Assembly: GCF_006345805.1 (NCBI RefSeq)
Contig: NW_021825170.1
Span: 1-16,351, forward strand
Direction of reading: 5' to 3'
From: Octopus sinensis
Lineage: Eukaryota
Length of the DNA: 16,351 bases
In this document: piece after piece, positions 1-7,465 of the stretch
How the letters are laid out: each line of letters opens with the position of its first letter
Numbering within the stretch: position 1 is the stretch's first letter
The notes under the pieces: generated by a model
Told to the model about the DNA's origin: nothing
Database searches by the model: none
Seen by the model: only the letters and a program-made list of their open reading frames with translations
Made by a program: the position numbers and the translations under genes

Positions 1-168
1 ACACGCAGTGTTGTTGTTGTACACGCAGTGTTGTAGTGCATAGTTTTATACGGAATGTTGTTATTGCAATTGTTGTTGTTGTTAGCTGCTTCTTGCTTTT
101 GTTGTTGTTATGCGTGCTGTTGTTGTTGTAGTTAACATTTATTGCTGTTTTTTTTGTAGTTCTAAGTA

Positions 169-362
169 TAAACCCCAGGTCATTCCTGATTAAGGAGGAC
201 TGCAACCAAAGACATTCCATCCATGACCACCCCCTTCTTTTTACTTATCTATTAGGGAGTTCATCATCTAATACGTCTCGTCATTCTTTTCTCTTCTCGA
301 TACTGTCTGGTATTACTTGAGGGAGAATTGGCTGCCATTTTCAAAACAGTGTTCTACCACAT
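169..362 (-). mobile_element. Diverged interspersed repeat family C, copy C1 (probably an (AAC)n-tailed retroposon)
   Basis: Shares CCC.GG...CCTGAT.AA, CCA.CC.TTCTTT and GAGGG....TTGGCT blocks with 3318-3500. Both copies abut GTT-rich sequence on their left. Strand is inferred from the tail position. Confidence 0.45.
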
Positions 363-420
363 AGGGGATCTTTCATACTCTTGCAGTCGTTGTTGTTGGT
401 TCTTTCTACAGTGTTGTACC

Positions 421-497
<77 letters not shown>

Positions 498-535
498 CAG
501 CAGTAGTAGTTTTTGTTGTTGTTGTTGTTGTTGTT
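421..535 (+). repeat. (AGT)n then (GTT)n microsatellite
   Basis: Near-perfect AGT run 421-510, GTT run about 514-535. Confidence 0.97.
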
Positions 536-1096
536 TTAATTAACGCATTCAATTGTTTTATTTTTGTTGTTGTTGTGCAGCTTCCGTCACTGCATTTATT
601 TTTGCAGTTGCTGTTGTTGTTATTGTTCGTTTTGCTGCTGTTTCTGCAGTTCACTTGATGCATTCGTTCTCTAGTGCAACTGTTGCTAATTCTGGCTGCG
701 GCCCGTATTTGTGAACTATTGTTGTTGGTGTTGTTGCTAACATTTCGCAGTTGTTGTTGTTCCTAATTTAGTGCAGTGGTTTTTTATTAACATATTGCCG
801 TTGTTGTTGTTGTTGTTGTTTAGTTGTTGCTGCTGTTACTGCAGGTGCAGCTATTGCATGTATTTCACATGCAATAATTTTTGTTGTTGCATTTTTTTTT
901 ATGGTGGTGCTATTGCTATTGTTGTTGTTGTTGTTGTTGTTGCTATTGATTTTGTTGTTGCTATTCTTGCAGTGGATGTTGTTTCTACTTCTACCCTTGT
1001 TGAAACGATTGTTGCATTTGATAATATAAATATTTCTATAACTGTTGTTGTGGAGGCACAGTTCTTATTGTTGCTTGTGTTAATGGTGTCGCTGTC

Positions 1097-1300
1097 AAGC
1101 TGTTGAGCTTCCAGAATCATCGGACAAAATACTCAGCGACGTTTCCTTCGGCTTTTTACATTCTGGGTTCAAACATCGCCATCTTTGCTTTTCAATCTTT
1201 TGAAGTCGGCAAACATAAATACAAGTCGACCACTGGAGTCGATATAATCAACTACCCCAACAACCCAATTTCAGGCCTTGTGCCTGTAAAGGAAAGGATT
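1097..1300 (+). mobile_element. tRNA-derived SINE family A, copy A1 (diverged)
   Basis: Aligns by eye to A2, A6 and A7: GGGTTCAAA box, GTCGATATAATCAAC, and 3' end CAGGCCTTGTGCCTG...GAAAGG followed by (ATT)n. Confidence 0.75.
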
Positions 1301-1314
1301 ATTATGATTATTAA

Positions 1315-1361
<47 letters not shown>

Positions 1362-1371
1362 TTATTATAAT
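1298..1371 (+). repeat. (ATT)n tract shared by the tails of A1 and family D
   Basis: Direct reading; a second ATT tract (1686-1710) lies on the other side of D. Confidence 0.95.
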
Positions 1372-1686
1372 TGAGTGAAGAGGAGCGTGCATGCATCAAT
1401 CAAAGTGACACTAGGGTAAAATATACGAAGCCCAGTATACCCATCATGACTACCCGTCTGATAAGGGTACACTAGGCACATGCACCACAACCATATGTGC
1501 GCGACATGGTGATCTCATATCAAGATAAACAGCACATGACCTTGTAGGTGGGGCCCAGTTAGAATTTTCTTTAGGTCGAGTAGCCCATCCCGCTCAAAAG
1601 GTCCCTGAATAAGGATTGTTTAAGGATGTTGAACGAAACACCCATGTTTCCAGATGTGAATTATTCAAACCCCAAACAATCCCTCT
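1372..1686 (-). mobile_element. Unclassified (AAT)n-tailed retroposon fragment (family D), probably a LINE 3' UTR
   Basis: Complex non-coding segment flanked by ATT tracts on both sides, with the same geometry as the R4/Dong fragment at 4048-4373. I recognise it from memory as a recurrent octopus repeat. No coding motif lies inside the fragment. Confidence 0.5.
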
Positions 1687-1711
1687 TATTATTATTATTA
1701 CTATTATTCTT

Positions 1712-1935
1712 AAGGCGGTGAGCTGGCTCAATCGTTAGCACTTCGATCAAGCTATTTAGCGACATTTCGTCTGTCTTTACGTTCTGAATTCAAATTCCGC
1801 CGTGGTCAACTTGCCTTTCATCCTTCCAGGATAGATGAAAGAAATACCGGTTGTTCACTGGGGTCGATGTAATAGACTCCCCCACTCTTTACAACTGCTG
1901 GCCTTGTGGTGGCAAAACAAGAAAATATTATCATT
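1712..1935 (+). mobile_element. SINE family A, copy A2
   Basis: AAGGCGGTGAGC head, A-box TGGCTCAATCG (1724-1734), B-box-like TTCAAATTCC, core TTGCCTTTCATCCTT, GGCCTTGTG 3' end. Confidence 0.8.
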
Positions 1936-1947
1936 ACTACAACTAAA

Positions 1948-2310
1948 GCAGGAGTGGCTGTGTGGTAAGTAGTTTGCTTACCAACCACATGGTTCCGGGT
2001 TCAGTCCTACTGCGTGGCATCTTGGGCAAGTGTCTTCTGCTATAGCCCCGGGCCGACCAATGCCTTGTGAGTGAATTTCGTAGAGGGAAACTGAAAGAAG
2101 CCTGTCTGTCGTATATATGTATATATATATATGTGTGTGTATATGTTTGTGTGTTTGTGTTTGTCCCCCCACCATCGCTTGACAACCGATGCTGGTGTGA
2201 GTACATCTCCGATAGAATAAGTCCCGGGGTCGATTTGCTCGACTAATGGCGGTGCTCCAGCATGGCCGCAGTCAAATGACTGAAACAAGTAAAAGAGTAA
2301 AAGAGTAAAG
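1948..2310 (+). mobile_element. tRNA-derived SINE family B, copy B1 (full head, internal deletions)
   Basis: A-box-like TGGCTGTGTGG (1955-1965), B-box-like GGTTCAGTCC (1998-2007), CTTGGGCAAGT, internal (TA)/(TG) repeat and GTAAAAGA tail repeats. Highly similar to 2706-3113 (reverse complement) and 5661-6030. Confidence 0.9.
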
Positions 2311-2520
2311 CGGCTGACAGAATCGTTAGCACGCCTGGCAAAATGGTTTCATTTGCCTATACGTTCTACGTTCAAGTTCCGTCGTGGTCGAATTAGTCTT
2401 TCATTTCCTTCAGGATGCCCAAAAAAATGTGCCAGCTACGCACTGAAGTTGATATAATCGACTAGACGCTCCCAAGCAAAGATTGCAGGCCTTGTGTCTA
2501 TAGTGGAAAGGATTATTACT
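2308..2520 (+). mobile_element. SINE family A, copy A3 (diverged)
   Basis: CAGAATCGTTAGCACGCC head; ends AGGCCTTGTGTCTATAGTGGAAAGGATTATT. Confidence 0.75.
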
Positions 2521-2705
2521 AAGGCGGCGTGATGGAAAAAATATTATCACGCCGGGCGAAATGCTTAACCACATTCCGTCTGTGTTTATATTCTGAGCGT
2601 AAATTAAGTCGCTGTCGACTTTGCCTTTCATCCTTTCGCGGATTATAATACAAGTACAAGGCATGTGCTGCGACCGTAGTAACAGACATATCCACTCCGA
2701 AGAAG
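2521..2705 (+). mobile_element. SINE family A, copy A4, head-to-tail with A3 and interrupted by B2
   Basis: AAGGCGGCG head, CACGCCGGGCGAAATGCTTA, GTCGACTTTGCCTTTCATCCTTTCG. A likely 3' remnant AAAATAAGAAACGATTATCATT lies after B2 (about 3114-3135) and resembles the end of A2. Confidence 0.7.
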
Positions 2706-2931
2706 CTCTTTTACTCTTTTACTTGTCTCAATCATTTGACTGTGGCCATGCTAGAGCACCGCCTTTAGCCGAGCAAATCGACCCCAGGACTTATTCTTTG
2801 TAAGCCTAGTACTTATTCTATCGCTCTCTTTTGCCGAACCGCTAAGTTACGGGTACGTAAACACACCAGCATCGGTTGTCAAGCGATGTTGGGGGGACAA
2901 ACACAGACACACAAACATATACACACACACA

Positions 2932-2968
<37 letters not shown>

Positions 2969-3113
2969 GGGCTTCCTTTAGTTTCCGTCTACCAAATCCA
3001 CTCACAAGGCTTTGGTTGTCCCGAGGCTGTAGTAGAAGACACTTGCCCCAGGTGCGACGCAGTGGGACCGAACCCAGAACCATGTGGTTCCTAAGCAAGC
3101 TACTTACCACACA
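2706..3113 (-). mobile_element. SINE family B, copy B2 (inverted; about 12 nt missing from the head)
   Basis: Reverse complement of B1/B3 along its whole length. Confidence 0.9.
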
Positions 3114-3317
3114 AAAATAAGAAACGATTATCATTGTAATAGTCTTGTTGCACTTTAAGGTGGTGCGTAGCTGCTCCATGCTTTCTACTACATGCAGCAG
3201 TTCGTGTGCATCGATTGCCGTGAGAGAAATTTCGCTGTTGTTTCTAGTAAACCCGAACAACCACACCCTTATTTGCTGGTTTTCTCGTAAGCTGATATCA
3301 TATTCTACTTTTTATTG

Positions 3318-3500
3318 TTGTTGTCGCTTAGCCCATGGCTAACCCTGATCAAAACACCTATAATTAAAAGCAACTCATCTATAACCATCCTTTCTTTCAC
3401 GAGTTCCCTACACCCGGAACTTCATTATTTTACATGTCATCCTTTGCTACAGAGAGGGTTTGTTGGCTATTATTTCTAGCCTCTCGGACGATTACCATAT
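3318..3500 (-). mobile_element. Diverged interspersed repeat family C, copy C2
   Basis: Block similarity to 169-362; preceded by TTGTTGTTGT. Confidence 0.45.
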
Positions 3501-3877
3501 GCAGTATGTCTAACAGATTGTAGTTAGAGTAGAGCTAGTGTTACTCTCGTTGCTGCTCAATAATTGCTATATTGCTTAACACAGAGGCTTGCAAGCAATG
3601 CTGTCGTTGTGCAGCTGGTGTTGTTGTCATGCAATTTATGTCACAGAGTTGATGTAGTGCATTTACTGTTTATCAGATGCAGTATTAAATTTAAAGTAGC
3701 GTAGTTATTTTCATGCTGTGGTGTCAGGCATTCGCTTCAAAAGAGTTGCTTTCGTACAGTTTAAATAGTGCAGTTGTAACTGTTCAGTTTTAGAGATTAG
3801 GCGTTTCAGTGCATCTGCTGCAGCAAAGGGGTCAAGCCGTTGTAGATGACATATTATATGCTGTTGGTATGCACTTA

Positions 3878-3991
3878 TTTTGCCTTTCATCTATTCGGTG
3901 TCGATAAATTAAGTACCAGTGAAACACTGGGTCTATGTAATCGACTATTCCCCTCCCCAAAATTTGAGGCCTCATGCCTATAATAGAAAAG

Positions 3992-3993
<2 letters not shown>
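3878..3993 (+). mobile_element. SINE family A, copy A5 (5'-truncated)
   Basis: TTTGCCTTTCATC...GTCGATAAATTAAGTACCAGT...GAGGCCTCATGCCTATAATAGAAAAG followed by (ATT)n. Confidence 0.85.
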
Positions 3994-4025
<32 letters not shown>

Positions 4026-4047
4026 TATTATTATTATTATTATTATT
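3992..4047 (+). repeat. (ATT)n tract shared by A5 and R4/Dong copy 1
   Basis: Direct reading; a second ATT tract (4374-4403) lies on the other side of the element. Confidence 0.95.
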
Positions 4048-4372
4048 TTATGGTTGACTTTTGCTTTACATTTGTACAAGTTGGCTCCAAGTTTCACCCA
4101 GAGACCGCAAGAGACAACAAATTGGAAGTTCCTGTTGGTGTTATTCCTAGGGTGCCATATATTTGGTTTTGTACATAGTGTTGTTCTAGAGATTGTTTAA
4201 GAAACCATAAAAAAATTATGTTTGTTTTAAAACTTGAGATTACATAGAAAGTATTTTGCGTAGGATATGAGCAGTTCCTATGAGCACTATCTTTTAAATT
4301 TCTACCATTTTGGGGTTTCCTGGTATCTGAGCTAGGTAGCAATCAGCCCCTTTTGCTATCATTCCCAGGGCA

Positions 4373-4373
<1 letters not shown>
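4048..4373 (-). mobile_element. 5'-truncated 3' end of an R4/Dong-type (restriction-like endonuclease) non-LTR retrotransposon, copy 1
   Basis: Minus strand 4371-4240 translates ALGMIAKGADCYLAQIPGNPKMVEI*KIVLIGTAHILRKILSM*, with an internal TAA at 4294-4296 (probably from CAA). This matches the GALG...QK.VL.GTA.ILR C-terminus I associate with R4/Dong ORFs. About 190 nt of 3' UTR then an (AAT)n tail follow; ATT tracts flank both sides. Confidence 0.8.
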
Positions 4374-4403
<30 letters not shown>

Positions 4404-4406
<3 letters not shown>

Positions 4407-4590
4407 GGCAGAGCCGTGAGCACGTTTGAGGAAATGCTTAGCGGAATTTCACCCCGTCGCTACAATCAGAGTTCAAATTCCACCGAGGTCGACTTTTCCT
4501 TTTATCATTTTGGGGTCGATAAATTAAGTACCTATGCGATTCTGGTCCCCTTCCACAAAGCTTCGGGCCTTGTGCCTATAACAGAAAGGA
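4404..4590 (+). mobile_element. SINE family A, copy A6
   Basis: GAAATGCTTAGCGG, GAGTTCAAATTCC, GGGGTCGATAAATTAAGTACC, GGGCCTTGTGCCTATAACAGAAAGG; ATT tracts on both sides. Confidence 0.85.
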
Positions 4591-4600
4591 TTACTATTAC

Positions 4601-4648
<48 letters not shown>

Positions 4649-4730
4649 TTATCCCATTATTATTATTATTATATTATTATTATTATATATTATTTTATTA
4701 ATCATTATTGTTGTTGTTGTTGTTATTACT
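4590..4730 (+). repeat. Degenerate (ATT)n/(GTT)n tail of A6
   Basis: Direct reading. Confidence 0.9.
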
Positions 4731-5056
4731 GATAGCATTTATGAGAGTAGTGGGTTACTACTTGTAACCTTAGTTCTCCACCATTATTGTTAATGTTGTC
4801 TTCTAGCCATTTTGCTAAGAGGTGGATGAAAGTGGCGTGAATGGTATGCGTGAACGGGCCTTTCCTGAGCACACGCCTGTAGCTGGTAAAAAAGGAAAGC
4901 AAAAAAGGGCACTTGCCCCAAAATGTCAGAGTACCCATTGGTTTTATGGAGTTTTTCCGTAAGCAAGCGTCGACCGTCTCCTCCCTATTGAGGATCATAC
5001 ATTGTTGATTTCTTAAAATTTTGTAAGTCACGTTTACACGTAAAACCTTCTCAACA

Positions 5057-5069
5057 ACACACACTCACA

Positions 5070-5114
<45 letters not shown>
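5057..5114 (+). repeat. (CA)n microsatellite
   Basis: Direct reading. Confidence 0.97.
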
Positions 5115-5115
<1 letters not shown>

Positions 5116-5181
5116 CCTTTGTTTTGTCCTGTGCTCTCCTTAATGTTTTCTTAGTGTAAACCCTTGTGGTCAATAAAGGAA
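5115..5181 (+). mobile_element. Orphan retroposon 3' end related to the Tx1 LINE 3' terminus
   Basis: TTTGTCCTGT (5123-5132) equals LINE 13555-13564. GTGTAAACCCTTGTGGTCAATAAAGGAA resembles LINE GTGCAGCCCTGTGTGGCTAATAAAGAAA. Confidence 0.55.
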
Positions 5182-5183
5182 TC

Positions 5184-5413
5184 TTCATCAACATCATCAT
5201 CATTTTCCTTCTTTCTTCAATTTTTTTTCCGTTTCTCGCCGAGTGTTTTCCGAACACCTAGGACAGAGAAGCTCATTGTATGCTTTCTCAAATTACACAC
5301 GCAAATTCAAAGGTAAAATATGTATTTAAAAAAAATTAATAAATTCATGAATGGATGTTGTTTTCACATCGATAATGCTCTTCTCAGTACCTGTGTCGTT
5401 CCAGTTAACACAC

Positions 5414-5417
<4 letters not shown>
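5184..5417 (-). mobile_element. 5'-truncated 3' end of an R4/Dong-type element, copy 3 (third subfamily)
   Basis: Minus strand 5417-5364 translates KSVLTGTTQVLRRALSM*. The 3' UTR carries the hairpin shared with copy 1 and ends in an (ATG)n tail at 5186-5203. Confidence 0.62.

Positions 5418-5483
<66 letters not shown>
5418..5483 (+). repeat. (ATT)n tract between two R4/Dong 3' ends
   Basis: Direct reading, perfect repeat. Confidence 0.97.
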
Positions 5484-5657
5484 TTACTTTCTTTACACGG
5501 ATTCTAACGCTGGAAATGTACTACGGTGTCAGCTGTTCATTACCAGTGAACTAAGGTAACACCCCTTATTTTTCGAGCACAATCCGGAGTATTCGAGCGG
5601 TTCCAAGCAGTACTGTTTTCTGTAAGTGCTCCACATTTATTGCAGCCCCTATTTGTT
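5484..5657 (-). mobile_element. 5'-truncated 3' end of an R4/Dong-type element, copy 2 (different subfamily)
   Basis: Minus strand 5655-5566 translates QIGAAINVEHLQKTVLLGTARILRIVLEK*. About 80 nt of 3' UTR runs into the (AAT)n tail at 5418-5483. Confidence 0.8.
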
Positions 5658-5660
5658 ACA

Positions 5661-6030
5661 TGTGTGGCACCTTGGGCAAGTGTCTTCTACTATAGCCTCG
5701 GGCCGACCAATGCTTTGTGAGTGGATTTGGTAGACGGAAACTAAAGGAAGCCCGTCGTATATATGTATATATATATACATATACATATATATATATATAT
5801 ATATGTGGGTGTGTGTGTGTGTATGTGTCTGTGTTTGTCCCCCCAACATCGCTTGACAACCGATGCTGGTGTGTTTACGTCCCCTTAACCTAGCGGTTGG
5901 ATAAAAGGGACCGATACAATAAGTAATAGGCTTACAAAGATTAAATCCTGGGGTCGATTTGCTCGGCTAAAGGCGGTGCTCCAGCATGGCCGCAGTCAAA
6001 TGACTGAAACAAGTAAAAGAGTAAAAGAGA
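5661..6030 (+). mobile_element. SINE family B, copy B3 (lacks the tRNA head)
   Basis: Starts at GTGGCACCTTGGGCAAG; the rest is collinear with B1/B2, including the GTAAAAGA tail. Confidence 0.9.
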
Positions 6031-6040
6031 GTAGAAAGGG

Positions 6041-6110
<70 letters not shown>

Positions 6111-6123
6111 CATTATTATTATT
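6041..6123 (+). repeat. (ATT)n tract preceding A7
   Basis: Direct reading; preceded by GTAGAAAGGG, which resembles the last 10 nt of family A. Confidence 0.95.
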
Positions 6124-6344
6124 AAGGCAGTGAGCTGGGAGAACCGTTCTCACGCTGGGCGAAATGCTTAGCGGCATTTCGTCCGTCCTTATGTTCTGAG
6201 TTGAAGTTCCGCCGAGGCCGACTTTGCTTTTCATCCTTTGAGGTCAATAAAATAATTACCATTTGAGCAGTGAGGTTGATGTAATCGACAAGCCTCATCC
6301 TCCAATGTTCCAGGCCTTGTGCCTATAGAAGCAATAATTATTAT
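6124..6344 (+). mobile_element. SINE family A, copy A7
   Basis: AAGGCAGTGAGCTGG head directly after (ATT)n; core and CAGGCCTTGTGCCTATAG end. Confidence 0.85.
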
Positions 6345-6658
6345 GCTGTTGACGTCAAGCACTTGCACTTAATGGAGTTTTTGATGTTGTGGAAGTGCAT
6401 TTTTGCATTTTAGGTGATTTAGTGCAATTGCTGAAGCAAAACTGGGATAGTAAGTCTCATCGGTATGCAGTTATTGTATGCAGTTGTAAATCGGTTATTA
6501 TTATGCAGCTGGTGTCATGCATTTGCGGTAATGGATGTTTTGATGTGCGGTTTATGAAATGGAAATGTAGTAGTGCAGCTTGTGCTTAGGTGTTTCGGTG
6601 CAAATTCTGCAGCGTATTTCCTGTGAAGCTGTCGGTGTTCGCTACAGTCCCTGCTGCA

Positions 6659-6714
6659 GTGCATTCGCTGCCGTGTATTCGCTGCTGCGTATTCGCTGCT
6701 GTGCATTCGCTGAT
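6659..6714 (+). repeat. 14-bp minisatellite, 4 copies (GYGYATTCGCTGMY)
   Basis: gtgcattcgctgcc / gtgtattcgctgct / gcgtattcgctgct / gtgcattcgctgat, plus a degenerate fifth unit to about 6728. Confidence 0.9.
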
Positions 6715-7355
6715 GTATTTTTGCTGCTGTAGTAAACTTGCTGTGGTTCAGTTTTCTTTATCTTGTCGGTACTGTGTATTTAAGGTTGAGTGTATATATG
6801 TCATACCACAATTGTGTAGAGCAATTTTTGAGGCTCGACTTTTGAAATGTAACGTCTGTTATCCAAGTCTATATAATGCACAAGTTGATGTGTAATTATT
6901 GTTGTGCAGCCTATAAAATGCTCTAACTATATAACTGACTTTATAGCGCATTTGCTGTTATGCATTATATATAAACCATTTACTGTCGCACAGAAAGAAA
7001 GCAGGTATATCTAGTCTCATTTTGCAGTGTGAATATTTACTTTCTAAATAATCATTGTTATTGCGATACAATACGTGGCATCATAAACCGTTATTATTAA
7101 ACAATTTACACAGTGAAGAACTTATTACGCCACTGTGCCAGACACGATGTACTGATTTCAAATCCAAACAAGCTTGATTTCTTACTTCAAACGTGATATC
7201 TCCTTCAGACTGTTACCATCGAGTATATCTCATTTCCTACACATTTCTGGATTTATGCAAAACCTATAGTCGATCGAAGAAGTACAAGTCAAAATCCCAC
7301 CCTTTCAAAATTGCTAGTTTCGTACCTAAATAAGAAACCGTTTGGTGCGTCAGAT

Positions 7356-7465
7356 AAGGCGGTTAGCAAACATTTTCTTCTGCGCTTTAAGTTGTGAGCT
7401 CACTTGTTTTCGAGGTCGACTTTACCTTTCATCCTTTTGGGGTCGATAAAATAACTACCAGTTGA
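7356..7465 (+). mobile_element. SINE family A, copy A8 (5' half only)
   Basis: AAGGCGG head; CGAGGTCGACTTTACCTTTCATCCTTTTGGGGTCGATAAAATAACTACCAGTTG. Confidence 0.75.

Noticed and set aside
328-1378. ORFs with poly-Ser, Thr, Val, Cys or Ile runs
   Set aside because: They are translations of (AGT)n, (GTT)n and (ATT)n microsatellites, with no domain content.
1948-2020. tRNA-like sequence with A and B boxes
   Set aside because: It continues directly into the SINE B body, and I cannot fold a complete cloverleaf, so it is a SINE head rather than a tRNA gene.
5262-5312. 51-nt plus-strand microexon candidate (TAG|...AAG|GTAAAA, open in all frames)
   Set aside because: It lies within the 3' UTR of the minus-strand R4/Dong fragment, and the upstream pyrimidine tract is that element's purine-rich end.
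1943-6234. Apparent small gene family (FQSFDCGHAGAPPL..., GGTNTDT..., TCPRCHAVG... peptides recurring in several ORFs)
   Set aside because: All lie inside SINE B copies; the similarity is the SINE sequence itself.
6659-6728. Short direct repeats as a CRISPR-like array
   Set aside because: The 14-bp units abut with no spacers and the context is eukaryotic; it is a minisatellite.
7110-7300. Possible very old SINE A copy or small exon
   Set aside because: Only scattered short word matches (TTCAAATCC, GTCGAT, AAGTAC), too weak to call by eye.
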